This document shows positions 39,868 through 52,471 of a stretch of 64,000 nucleotides of DNA, piece after piece. Positions within the stretch are counted from its first letter, which is position 1, and each line of letters begins with the position of its first letter. Source of the DNA: Tubulanus polymorphus (taxonomy: Eukaryota > Animalia > Nemertea); NCBI RefSeq assembly GCF_964204645.1, contig NC_134030.1, positions 13,103,947 through 13,167,946 on the forward strand, written 5' to 3'. The notes under the pieces are model-generated. The model was given only the letters and a program-made list of their open reading frames with translations. It made no database searches and was not told the origin of the DNA. The translations under genes were made by a program, and so were the position numbers.

Positions 39868-41328
39868 TTACCTGATATTTTTGGATATCATATTTACTAA
39901 CCCAAAAATAATAGCACTTACAACTGTAATTAAAAATAAAATAATATGTTCAGCAGCAAAGTTAATAATGTTTCCTGCAGATTTCAATATAAAACCAACA
40001 ATTGATGCAATAACTCCGGGCAATGCTGCAGCAGATTTTTTAGATAGTTCCCATAAATATTTTGCTAATTTCTTTAAACCATCTTTAACTTTATCTTGTA
40101 TAGAATTATTATCATTCGGGGGTTTATCTGGTTTATTTGGAGTAGGAGTAGATTTCAGTGAATTTGATATAGCTAAACCTATTGTTGTAAATAACATAGT
40201 TACAGCTGTTAGAATTGAAAGAATTGTTATTCCTTCTAATTTAAATAATAATTTTATTCTATCTTTCAATGATATTTCAGAATTTGGTTTTATCAACAAA
40301 TCTTTAAAAATAACTTTTAATCTATTAATATTATAATCATATGATTTTAATAATGATTTAATTTCTTCTTTTTGTAATTCTATATTATATTCTAAATCAT
40401 TTTTTTCTTTTTCTAAATATGCATTTCTTTTTTTAAATTCAATTTCCTCAATAACTTTATAATCTCTATCTAATTTTAATTGTTCTATTTCTTTAATTTT
40501 ATCAGTTCTGTCTTTTTCCAAAGTTCTAATTTTAAAATCTCTTATACTTTTATCATGCGCAATTTTATCAGCTTCATTTCTTATACTAATAATTTCTCTT
40601 ATTGCTTTATCAGAAAATATATCGAAATCTTCTAATTCTTGATCTGTTGCATCAAGTAATCCATTTGGTAAAAGTTTTTCAATTGGAACTTTATTTGATT
40701 TAAGTTTACTAGTTTTGGAAGTTATATTCTGTTCAGAAGTTGTTTCTGGTTCTAAATTATTATCGATTGTTTTAAATAATTCATTAATTGTTTGTTTAAA
40801 TACTCTTTCATTTTGATTTATTTCTTCTTGTGTTACATCTTCTATTTTATTACTATTTCTTATTCTTTTAATTCTAGATAGGTCTAACTTAAGCAAAGTT
40901 GATTCTGCTAATATTTTGTCTTGTTTTTTATAAGAGATATCAATATAATAATCATCTTGCAAATGATAATAATATTCACCATCTAAAAACTTTAATTCTT
41001 TTACTAAAAGTCTGGCGCCTCTATCATTGATATTATCTCCAGATTTTTCAAATACATGTTTGAAATTATAAATATATTCATTATATTCTAAATTTTGCTA
41101 TAATAAACCTTGATTTTCATTTTCAGGATTTATTCTCGATCTAGTTCTTCTATCAAATTCATCTGTTGATGGGCCTTTAGAACCACTATCTGCTAAATTA
41201 GAATTATATGCTGATTCATCATCATTATCAATATTAGTACCAGCAGACACATAATCATCATTGTTAGTATTGACATCATTATTATTTCCCATTTCTCCTA
41301 TTTCATAAGCTTCTCCACCTTCTTCCAT
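39868..41328 (-). pseudogene. Coiled-coil protein with C-terminal hydrophobic/amphipathic helices (one premature stop at 41098)
   Basis: ORFs 41328..41098 and 40962..39868 are in the same frame; EGITILSILTAV...ALPGVIASIVGFIL. Confidence 0.75.
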
Positions 41329-41344
41329 TTACATAATAAAAAAA

Positions 41345-42659
41345 TTAAAATTTGAAATATAATATTCCTCCGATTACAATTCCTATACAAGTTAAAGCTA
41401 ATTTAGCATTTTCATGGGATTTATTATCATTATCAGTTTTAATTATATCATGTTGAATATCATCATTTTTAATATTTTCTGATGTATTGTAATCTTTTAT
41501 TTTAGAATCATTATTTAATTTAATATTATTAGTTTTAGTTTCTGTTGATTGAATATGTTTATTATTTTTTCACCTTCCATTAATTTTGGAGCAGTAATAA
41601 TCTTTTTATTTATATCATTTAATCCAAATGAATTTTTTATTGTTGCCGTTTTAATTAGATTATTGTAACCAATTATGTTTCCCATCTTTAGTACTAAATC
41701 ATTAGAAATAATTAATAGATTAGGGCCTCTACAATAATTTAGTCTTACATGAGATTTATCTAAATAATTTTGATATCTTACAATGTTTTCTGGAATTGAT
41801 CTATTTTTATCATTATGAATTGAATCTTCAAATAATACTTTGAATTGTTTCTGCGCATCGAATGAAGTGTTATCATTTCCAACTATTGGGGATCTTGTTT
41901 CAACTTGTGCACCTAAAATACATATCAAATAAGTTCTAATAGATTGATTTATTCTTTGTATTCAAGCTTTTGTAAAACCTTCACTATTTTCTAAAATGAA
42001 ATAAACCCAACCATTATTATTTTGTTGTTGTATATTATTATAATATTTTGGCAATTTAGTGTTCTTATATCTGAATTTGTCATTATTTTTCCAAATTCTT
42101 TAGTATATAATATTCCTAATCCACCCATTGTTCCAATTTTTGCTCTTAAATCTTTATTTGAATTAATACTAAATTCATTATATATTTTATAAAACTTAGA
42201 AAAATTAATATTATTATTCAATTCTTTAAAATATTTTGAACCTGGTAAAGGACATTCTAATTCATCTAATATTAATTTTATTTGAAAATAAGTATGAAAT
42301 CTAAAAAGTGATAACATCAATGGTAAACTTGGTTTGTTTAAATGATCATTCCAACTTATCCCACATCCTGTTGTTGCGCAATAAACAGCAAAATTTAATT
42401 GGTTCTGCCAATACTTCATATTAGATTTTAATAACCATCGTATTGCCTCATTTAAATTTTTAAAATTAATTGTATACACATGAAATATATTTTCCATCTT
42501 TACATGAAAATTATTACTTTCAGTAACGTAAATATATAAATCAATTAATGAATTTAAAACTTCATTTCTATATGAAATATCTTTATTAAAATCTATTGCA
42601 GGAATATTATATTTAATTGATTTATTATATTGGAAAGCTTTTGGAAAACTATCTACCAT
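41345..42659 (-). pseudogene. Conserved Polinton protein with C-terminal TM anchor, frameshifted
   Basis: WQNQLNFAVYCATTGCG...FRFHTYFQ...ILGAQVETRS...DAQKQF; ends LTCIGIVIGGILYFKF*. Confidence 0.7.
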
Positions 42660-42675
42660 TTATATAATTAAAAAA

Positions 42676-43101
42676 CTAATAATTTATTAATTCTTTTAAT
42701 AATTTATCTTGTTCTTCAACTGTAATATGACCATTTAAACTTATCATATAATCTAGTGTATTCTTTAATTTATTAATTTCTTTTATATTAGTTTTCATTT
42801 TTTCTTTATTACTTTTTATATTTAATTTTGAACTTATACCGGTTAAAACACTTGATGATAATCCTAATACACCAATTGATATAGCTAAAGGTGTTAATGG
42901 TGAAAATATTGCTAGAAATGTTATTACAGAACTACTTAAAACCGAACCACTTATAATCAAATAATATATAATTTTACTTTTTAAATATTTTTTCTTTTTT
43001 ATCTTTAAGTCACTTTCAAATTCTAATATTTGTTTTTCTAAATATATTTTTAATTTAGTTTTATTTATATCATGAGGAATAATATCAATATTATCATCCA
43101 T
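42676..43101 (-). CDS. Two-TM coiled-coil protein, 141 aa
   Basis: Intact ORF; two Ser/Gly-rich hydrophobic segments. Confidence 0.75.
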   Translation of the reverse strand: MDDNIDIIPHDINKTKLKIYLEKQILEFESDLKIKKKKYLKSKIIYYLIISGSVLSSSVITFLAIFSPLTPLAISIGVLGLSSSVLTGISSKLNIKSNKEKMKTNIKEINKLKNTLDYMISLNGHITVEEQDKLLKELINY

Positions 43102-43121
43102 TTATTAAGCAAAAAAAATTA

Positions 43122-43545
43122 CTAATTAGTAAACTTATAAGCAACAAATATAACAATAACAGTTCCGCCTAAAATCCATATTATTTCATATTTCTGTTGC
43201 TCTTTACTTGGGGTATAATAATCTGATAATTTAGGTTTGTATAGATGTAATTTTTCTTTATTTGTTACCGCGTTATATAAACTCATTGCATCATCAACTG
43301 ATTGAAAATCTCTGTGTGAAATCTTCTGATCATATAATTCCTTGTTAATATAATCCATATAGTTTTGTCTTTTTTCTCTATATTCTTCTGCTGCTTTATT
43401 GTATTTCTCTAATGCTAAGTTATGTCTTTTTTGTTCTGTTAATGATCCATTTTTATCAATATGTTTAAATAAATAACCACCACCAGTAAATGCTAAAGCG
43501 TCAACAAATTGCCGATCCTATAATAGTTATAACTGCAGAAGCCAT
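43122..43545 (-). pseudogene. Small membrane protein (hydrophobic N and C termini), frameshifted
   Basis: MASAVITIIGSAI..ALAFTGGGYLF...EQKRHNLALEKY continuing into ORF 43358..43122. Confidence 0.7.
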
Positions 43546-43569
43546 TTATTTAGTAAAATAATTATGCAT

Positions 43570-43791
43570 TTATATGGGAGGAATATATTTTTGTTTTTCT
43601 AAATAATCAATAGTTAAATTAAATGAAGTTACTGCTAATGTTAATTTTAAAATATCATTTATATCAAATCTATCAACATTAACACTTCCCATTTTAAATA
43701 CTTTTTTTAATACCATTGAATGACCAACAGTTCCAACTGATAGTAATGCTCCATTATATAATCCAGTTATTATCCACTTATTATCACTCAT
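43570..43791 (-). CDS. Small hydrophobic protein, 73 aa
   Basis: Intact ORF, TAAATG start. Confidence 0.7.
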   Translation of the reverse strand: MSDNKWIITGLYNGALLSVGTVGHSMVLKKVFKMGSVNVDRFDINDILKLTLAVTSFNLTIDYLEKQKYIPPI

Positions 43792-44148
43792 TTATTTATC
43801 AAAAAAATTACTATCTTCAAAATATTCAGTTATCTTAGTGATGATTAATTCAACATTTATTTCATTACTAGTTTCATTTGTATATATTTCAATTAATATT
43901 TTTTTAATATCATAGATGATAAGATCTTCATCTAATTCATAAAATCTTAAAGATTCTCTAATTAAATTAGTAATCTTTTCTACATTTAAAGTTTCTTTAT
44001 CTATTGTTGTTTCATACTCTAATGTTGTTTCATTAGAAAATGCAATATTTTTGATATGTGTGATTACATCAGTAATGTTAAATTTTATTTCTTTCCCACG
44101 TTTAAAATCAAACCCAAAACATATACTCGGTCCAACAGTTATATTCAT
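43792..44148 (-). CDS. Hypothetical acidic protein, 118 aa
   Basis: Intact ORF, TAAATG start, stop abuts next start. Confidence 0.7.
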   Translation of the reverse strand: MNITVGPSICFGFDFKRGKEIKFNITDVITHIKNIAFSNETTLEYETTIDKETLNVEKITNLIRESLRFYELDEDLIIYDIKKILIEIYTNETSNEINVELIITKITEYFEDSNFFDK

Positions 44149-44164
44149 TTATATAATGAAAAAA

Positions 44165-44920
44165 TTACTCTCTACATCTTATAACTAATTCATATATAAC
44201 AGGAAAGTTATTCAAATCAATTAAATATCCATTATGATTTCTTATTTCTAATTCAAAATTATTAAATTTAGGAATGCAAGGTTTAAAATTACATTCTGTT
44301 AAATTATAATTTATTTGAGTTCCAAATTGTTTAACATTTTTTAGCGGTAAAATATTTAGTATACTAGAACAACAAATTGTTTCTTTAGTTGCTTCGAAAG
44401 TTTTTGTAGGATCGATTAAATTGCAATAAATATAAAAGTGCGTAAAAGGTATTATATTTGAGATGCCTTCTGCATTTCCAGTAACTGTAAGCGGTTTAAT
44501 TCCTAACATTTTAGCCAGTGGTTTGTTTACCATAAATTTATGTTGTTCATTAGAAATCTTTATTCTTATTTTATTAGTACTATCAATTTTATTAAATTTA
44601 ATTTCAAATACAGAAGTACCCCCGATTTTCAACCGAGCTCTTCTATTAATTTCCTGCGCTAATGATTCTAAATTATATAATCCTGGTTTTAAAAATATAT
44701 GAAACCATTTATCTTTATTTCTCATATAAATCATAAACCCTCTATGTTCAAAAGTTTTATCCGATATATTATAAAAAGAATTACATAAACTTATATTTAC
44801 TAATTTTAAATCAACACAATTCTTGAATTCTCTATCTAATTGTACTAGTAAATTATGTGATTTATAATTTGTAAGTTTTCTAGAATCAACAAATATTCTG
44901 TATTCTTTTAATTCTACCAT
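44165..44920 (-). CDS. Minor capsid protein (penton, single jelly-roll)
   Basis: IFVDSR...ISLCNSFYNIS...PGLYNL...FYIYCNLI...ELEIRNHNGYLIDLNNFPVIYEL. Confidence 0.82.
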   Translation of the reverse strand: MVELKEYRIFVDSRKLTNYKSHNLLVQLDREFKNCVDLKLVNISLCNSFYNISDKTFEHRGFMIYMRNKDKWFHIFLKPGLYNLESLAQEINRRARLKIGGTSVFEIKFNKIDSTNKIRIKISNEQHKFMVNKPLAKMLGIKPLTVTGNAEGISNIIPFTHFYIYCNLIDPTKTFEATKETICCSSILNILPLKNVKQFGTQINYNLTECNFKPCIPKFNNFELEIRNHNGYLIDLNNFPVIYELVIRCRE

Positions 44921-44937
44921 TTATTTTACATATTTTC

Positions 44938-45274
44938 TTATTCGAAATCTATTTCATGATGCCCTTTTTCATTCTTACCTTTGTATACGAAATAGAAATC
45001 GCCTGAACATAATTCTTCTAGATCTTCACTTGATAATCTATGAAATCTATCTGGTAAATATGTTCTGAATTTATATGTATTTCCTTTTAATCCTTCATAT
45101 TCTAAGTGTATAACTGATTTATCTCCATATTTGTTAGTAAATGTATCAATATTTGTAATTAGATATTTTTATGGATTATTAATTCTTTTAACTTCTTAAA
45201 TTTATAATCTACTGATTTGAAATTTGAAGTATCTTTTATTCTATCTAAATTAAGTGTGTTTGTTTACCCTCCAT
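44938..45274 (-). pseudogene. Small ~110-aa protein (possibly OB-fold/SSB-like)
   Basis: NKYGDKSVIHLEYEGLKGNTYKFRTYLPDRF...GHHEIDFE*. Confidence 0.7.
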
Positions 45275-45811
45275 TTATAATACATATTTTTATTAAAATT
45301 TGATTAACAAGTTAGAATTCTTTTAGTATTCATCTAAATTGCAACCATATGCAACTGTATGAATTCCATCATCCAGAATATATCTTTTATCATCAAATGG
45401 ATTCAAACTTATCTTCTCTATCTCTTCAATAAACATTTCATGATCTTCAGATCTTAAACATCTCATCTTATGTTTTCTAACTTCTTCATTGAATATACAA
45501 TTAATGTAATCTTTGAAATGAATATTCTTTTCTACTACACTTTTGGTTATTCCTTTCAATTTCTTTGATTCATGAGTTTTAGTTTTATATGAATACATTT
45601 TAGATCTAATTCCTATGAACTCTTGTCATTTCTTCACCACCTAATTCATCTTTGAATTTACCAGGAACTTTTTTATTATCATTGCTAAACAATTCATGAT
45701 TTTTAGGATAATTACTGAAATCGAAATGATGTTTTAATGTTTTTAAATCATCAGTTATGTTATTAGTTTTTATCTTTAATATGTAAGAATCTGTATCAAA
45801 ATATAATATTT

Positions 45812-48738
45812 AGGGTTTTCTGTTTCTTCACAGAAAACCCTATTGAAATTCGCGTGATTATTATTAGGGTTTTCTGTTGCTTCACAGAAAACCCTATTGA
45901 AATTCGCGTGATTATTATTATTTTTTTTTCCCTTTTCCACATAGTTTTTGTTAAAAGTGTAAAGGCTTCCTTACCTTACCGCTGTCGCCGATACAATCCG
46001 TATGATGTCCTTCAGCTCACTTCAATCTCCAGATACTGCATGGGAATTTTGATAAATCCACGTTATAAAGGCACTGTCGAGCCGTAAACATCAGAAATTT
46101 GGCTCAATTCAATTAGTAGCCATGTTGTGTTTTCTTACCGATATTTCTCTCTTCTTTTCGAGGAAGAGCTATCGAATAATTCCCTCTCTTCTCCACAATC
46201 AATTTCAAAATCAATTTTATGATATCCACAGGTTAACCGTACGTGAGTTCCCTAAAAACGCTGTACGTGAGTTCCTATAATCTGCAAACGCGCATGCGTA
46301 AAATAATAGAGTTTGGGTTAGGTGAGGCTAGGCTATTTGTAAATCAAATTTCATCCACCCACCAGTTACGTTCTGTGGCACCGTGGGTAAATCACTGGAC
46401 TACTACTGGATTTTTTTTTTCGTTTGGTTCCGAATCCCAATATTGCAAGTCTGAGCGTCAACGTACTCACATATGGCTAACCTGTAGAAATCACCGTACA
46501 GTCACGTACAGGTAACAACAGCGTTTTAAGTATTAAGTGAGTACGACAAGCCTACCATGCCTATGTACTACAAACACAACTTTTTCCCTCTCGTCGGCCC
46601 TACAGTGATGTTACTATAAATGGTGCCATTATAATATGGATAGGATTTGGTCAGGACTAGCCTAAAGTCTAATTCAGTCTATGTACTAATTCACTCCATA
46701 GGCCTATTTTTTAAACAATACAGTGAAATATTCACACGCAGAAGGGCTAATTGATTTGAGCCATGTGATTAAGTTTGGCCAGGCCTTCTCTGACCTGCTG
46801 ACATTAATAGTCAAACCAAAACGTTCATGTGGTCACGGCTTGTATTACCAGAAATCATTGTAGGCCTGTACATTTTGCTGTTCGTAGGTTTGGTATACCG
46901 ATTTCTCCATTCTTGACTGATAAGTGTACGGTACAGCTGTACGCATTATATAATTGTTCCAATGGGAATAGGGCCTATTGATTGGGCTTATTATTTCCTG
47001 CTTTAGAGTACTGAAATAAACCTTATGTTCATTCAAATATCCAACATCGGTGAAAGTTTGATTAATACTGTATACATGTACTGTAAGTTTTCATGTTGTA
47101 TGAATATTTTGCAGTTCAAATGGGTATGATGCTGATTCCAATGTCAAACGCATGAAGTTAGATGGTCAAGGACAGTCAACACCAAGATATCTCTCTTCGA
47201 CCGATGTTGTACCATAGAAGATCTGATTCTTTCAACTCAAGGAAAGTGATTCAACACAATCGACATAACACTGGAATAGGTTTGCAGTAACTAACCGTTC
47301 ATTTCATTTAGTCCTATGTACTTTTTAGCCAATTTGGGTTGATTGTAATTGAAACTCTGGAACTGTTAACAAAAGACAAGTAAGACAAGTTGAAAAAACA
47401 CAAGTTATGCTTGATTCTCATGTTCAAATTTAATTCAAATTTATTTTATTACATCATATTTACAAAGCATATCATTGGTTCATACAGTAATAAAAATTAG
47501 GGCAGAACAAATATTATTACAGAAACTCCAAAAAGGCAATGAATTTCTATGACTAAATGAACATTATTTTTAGCCCACTTGGGACTTTAGTCCCAGCGGG
47601 CTATTGCGTTCACTTTTCGTCCGTCGTCCGTCCGTAGACGGAAATCAGTTATTTTAGGAAGTTTTGAAGACGCTTCAATGTAATGTCTTGATATTTGGGT
47701 TTCACATGTATCTACCCTAGACACATCTTCAGCTCAAAAACTGGCCCTGTCAGAATCAAGATGGCCGACTGGCAGCCATTGTTGTTCGCCAAAATCAACA
47801 CTTTTTACACATTTTTGAACTTTTTGAGGGAAATTTTGAAGATGCTTTGATCAATTACCTTGATCTTTCGGATATATGTGAATGCCCCTGGGCCCATCAG
47901 CATAACAAAAATTGGGATACGGACTCAAGATGGCCGTCCTATGACCTTTTTTAGTGCCCAAAAATGTCAATTTTGGCCCGAATTCTGAGTTTGCCATTTC
48001 TCATTGCAATTTGTGATGGGTATTCTTTGAAAAGGGATGTTTTATACCTTTGATACCTGAATTGTTAGATTGTTGAGCATTTGGAACCACTTCCCAAGTG
48101 GGCATGGTGTCCCTGGACCCCTAGTTCTAATAACTCAGATCAAGAGTGACTCTCCCGTTTATTAGGAAACACACGCAACTAGTGGAATAGGTTTGATTTA
48201 CACACATGTTGCAGGTATCAATTGTTTATCACTGTAGAATTTGTAATCCATAAAAGCCAAAATCAACATCAGCCGGAAACCCAGACCAAATCAATTCATA
48301 ATTTATTGATTGAATCTACACTACGATATATGTATTTATTCAAATATTTCAATAAAAACATTAACTTCTTAAATCTAATCTATTCTAAATCATAATACGT
48401 TCTTATCTGTGAATTCACTCAATCTATCGGCTCAGCAGGTGCTTAAGATGAGTTCTTAATAGGACAGATCCATTTTTAAGGATGGTGATAATACAGTATC
48501 ATGATGTTTGAATGCCAAAATAAGTGCCTGGTCAAATATATTAATATTTGTGATTGTACGTCCACGTATGTTCGGTTTCAAAGCTGAATCATATTTGACG
48601 TTTACACAGTGGTTGCATATTAGGTTCGAATCTGTCAATGCATTTTATTCTATGTATCGATATTTCAATTTACTACAATTCCCATCATTCTGAATGGCTT
48701 TACAGAAAACCCGTCATCGCTGCTTTGCAGCTATATTT
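45812..48738 (+). mobile_element. Non-autonomous Helentron/HINE-like insertion in pPolB
   Basis: 5' agggttttctg..cagaaaaccct (duplicated), 3' cagaaaaccc subTIR + gctgctttgcagc hairpin; T-rich target; removal rejoins HIEI/LYFDTDS. Confidence 0.75.
47567..48126 (+). mobile_element. Nested HINE/DINE-1-like element
   Basis: gcccacttggga / tcccaagtgggc subTIRs, (gtcc)n, 3' hairpin + ctagtt. Confidence 0.75.
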
Positions 48739-51700
48739 CTATATGTTTTTTCTCCAAAAAGTGGTTGTAATACATTATAATAGAATTCATACATTAGTAA
48801 TTTTGATAATTCTAAAACTGAAGCACCAACATAAATTGGTTTATTAAATTTCATAGAAGTTCTTCTCATTTTAACTGCAGCTAAATTTTCATCAAATATT
48901 CTGTTACCAATAAATTTAGGGTATGTTTGTATATGCCTTATCCTTTTGCCATTACTTACTAACTCAATATCATTTCTATTTCTAATATTTTCACAAGTCT
49001 TACCACAGAATGCATTGTTCATTAACTTGAAGAAATCTTTCTCAAAATCAGTTTTAGCTTCAGTTCTCTGTTTGGTGTTAAAATCTATATATTTTTCTAA
49101 CCATTTAGATTGACTAAATGAAATATATCTATGTACTTTTTTTAGGATCATTCCTTGTTTTAGATAAAACTTTAACATTCTATAATGTACAACATAATTA
49201 TATTTATCTTCTTAAGTTACCATCAACTTTTTTCTGTATGAATATGATTTTCGGGTTTAATTCTTTTTTGATAATTTGATAGTTCTTCATGAGTTACAGT
49301 TTTATGTTCGGGGCAGTATGCTAGATTTCTAGATTTAAATTTAATATGTTCAGGATATTCTAAGTCTACAACAAAGAAGTAACCAGTCTCTGAATCATCT
49401 GCAATATCTAGAATTCTTTTCTTCCAATCAAATTTATCATTATTTTCATGTTGTAAAACTTCACTTATTTCAAATACTCCATAAGGTTGTGGTTCCATCA
49501 TTGCCCAACCATACAAATTATTTGCATCTATATATAATAACTTATATCCGGGGTTATCATTTACATTGAAATATCTATCGCCTAATACACCTGAAACTCC
49601 TCCTCTTATAGACTTTTCAAATAATGGTAATTGATCTATATTTGTTAACAAATCCATTTTTATATCTGTGAATTTTAATCCACAATCCCATGTTAAACCT
49701 GGGCTAGAATAACAATGACACGGATCAATGTTAAAATATTTTAAGTTTTTAATCTCTTAACCTTTCAAATATATCAGTTAATAATAATACATCCGATTTT
49801 AAATGTAAATCTACTAATTGTCCATGATTTTCTATTTTGAAATGATTCCAAATATTCAATGTTCTATTATATACTTCATCTTTAACATATTCATTTTTTA
49901 ATTCATCATAGAATTGTTCTTTTAATAATTCAGTTATATTGAAATCATTATGTGATTTATAAAATGAATATGGAATCGCTCCTTTATATCTCATTAATTG
50001 GAAATCATCATTATTTGGATAATGTTGCTTTAATATTTTTAATTCATCATCAACTAATGATTTTGATAAGTTATCTAATGAACTATTAAAAAATCTATAT
50101 GAATCTATAAATCTTAGGCAACCAAATTGGAATGATATATAATTCTCAGATGTTCTAGCTAACATTTTAAATTTATAAGTTGGTATTTTATCTTTTGATC
50201 TATTTGAATTTAATCTTTCTATTTCATTATTAATTTCTTCTATTTTATGGCATAACTGTTTGATGAATAAATGTGCATCATATCCTGATAGATTATGAAA
50301 TATTACTGGTACAAAGTTAATTTTCTTAGCTTGTAAGTTACAATTCTCATGCGCAGCGCCTCTAAACTTTCCATTCAAATGATCATGGTCTCTTACTTTT
50401 TTATCTTTATAATTAAATATCTTTTCACAATAATAACATTTATCTGCAAACTCAAATGCTTCTTTATCTTCTTCTGTCATTATAATTTCTATATTTTTAT
50501 TTAACTTTTCATTAAATTTTATTTCATATTCAATTAATAAGTCACAAAAATGATTGATAACATTTTCATTTCTGTAATCATAATATTCACTTTCAATTAG
50601 TTCAGGATAATCAGATTTAATATATAATCCAAAAGCTGCAGCTGATTGATGAATCTTTTTAATAGTATTTGTTTTTGGTGGTTCATCTGAAAAATCTTTT
50701 TTATTTGAATTTAATTTCTTTCTTTTATAATATATTTCTTTTCTATCTTGATCAGTTAATTCTTTATTTAATGATTCAAAATCTCGATATATAACAAATG
50801 GTACTTTATTTTTGTAATCATATTTTTTGAATTCTAATATTTTATCCTTTTCATTTGGTAAAACTAATTTACAATAATCATGATTTTCACATAATTGTTT
50901 ATGATTTAAAATAATGCACTTTCAGTTCTGAATTTATGTAAACATTTTCTACATAGATATATTTTATTATCAAAATCAATTTCTGATTTAAAAAATTAAT
51001 CAATTCTTTTAATCCACATATAATGATTCTCATAATATAATATATCTATAACATCATTTGAATCATAATCTTTTGATAGGTATAAAGGTTGTAATGTATA
51101 ATGTTTTATATTGTTACCTTTTGTAATTGGAAATTTGATTAAATCAAATACATTTATTCTTAAATTATTATCTCTTTCTATTTTTGGGATATTTTTAATT
51201 CTAACAGGATAATTATCTATCTTATAATTATTTTCAAATGGTTTCTAATGTGTTAATCTATAAGTATGTTTATTATAATCTTCAACTGATTATTGCCCAT
51301 AGAAAACATTTATCATCTTCATTTTGTACATTTATAACAGCATTAGTTTTAAATGGTAATTTGATATAACTCGATGCTTCAATATCTGGTTCTTTATAAA
51401 ATGATAAATTATTTTCATCAATTGGTTTAGATTTAGTTAACTAATTTTATTTTGTGTTATAAACAAGTAAAGTCATAAATATTATTTCATCAAATATTTA
51501 ACCTGATCCTTCAAAATATTTCTCTTCTATCTTAGTTTTTACTTCATTATAACATTTATCTAATTTTTCATCTATATGTTGTTTTGAAATAATATGTTGT
51601 GAATGAGAATTTATATTATATATTGGTTTATCTTCAGATTTTATAAACTTTACTTTAGAAGATATACTAATTTTAGGGTATTCAACATCTGTAATTATTT

Positions 51701-52348
51701 TTATAATATTTTTCATATTTTCTAAATGTTTTTTATTTTCTTCTAATGTTTTTCCTTTATGAAATTTAAACTCAATCGCTGGTGGATGCTTCGGTTATCT
51801 CTATATCTTTTTTATTATCTAATGAATTAATATAATTTCTTACATCTTCCATGTATGGTCTTTGATTGTTTAATTTATTTCTTATTCTTTTAATTGTCTT
51901 ATGTTTCTTATCGTTATCATTATCAAAATAATCCTCACCTAAAATATCATTATTCATATTTCTAATATGACTTTTAGATTTTAAATGTTCTTTATAATAT
52001 CTTTTATCACTGAATGATTGATTACATGTATCACATTTATATGTTTCTTTTTCATTCTTTAATTCATCTAATTTAGTTTCTAATATATCATCTTCATATT
52101 CTAATTTCAATTTATTCTCTAAATGTGTTTTAGTTTTATTGTGTCTTGCTTTTTGGGATTTATCTATATTGATATTACCTGTTGAACAGTAGTACTTATT
52201 TGCTTTCATTTTAATCCTAAATTTTTTTTTTTAATTGATTTTAGAAGTTCAATGATTGAAATATGAATTATTTCAATCACACTTTACTAACACTTTTAAT
52301 GTTTAAAAATCTAACTCATACAAATATAAATATTGAAATATGTTTAAA

Positions 52349-52471
52349 ATATATCTATATATCTATTCTATAAGAGCTCGTACTCTCGTACTCTGGCTTG
52401 AAAGCCTACTTTTCTAATTACTTATATATGTTATTCATTTATATTTTATTCATGTATATGAATATTTTAAG
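52349..52471. repeat. Right inner TIR (123 bp)
   Basis: Inverted copy of 25971-26093. Confidence 0.92.

Larger units (their letters stand above)
45323..52209 (-). pseudogene. pPolB: Protein-primed family B DNA polymerase (pieces 52209-48739 and 45811-45323)
   Basis: FHNLSGYDAH, FIDSYRF, SDVLLL, IRGG, YIDANNLYGWAM, KLMNNAFCGK, YFDTDS, GKFKDE, DDKRY; C2H2 fingers and VRDHDH..GKFRGAAH.NCN insert. Confidence 0.96.

Noticed and set aside
39881-40336. Plus-strand ORFs within the Polinton and BEL (also 37880, 44463, 30311, 31052, 34794)
   Set aside because: Antisense shadows of real minus-strand genes
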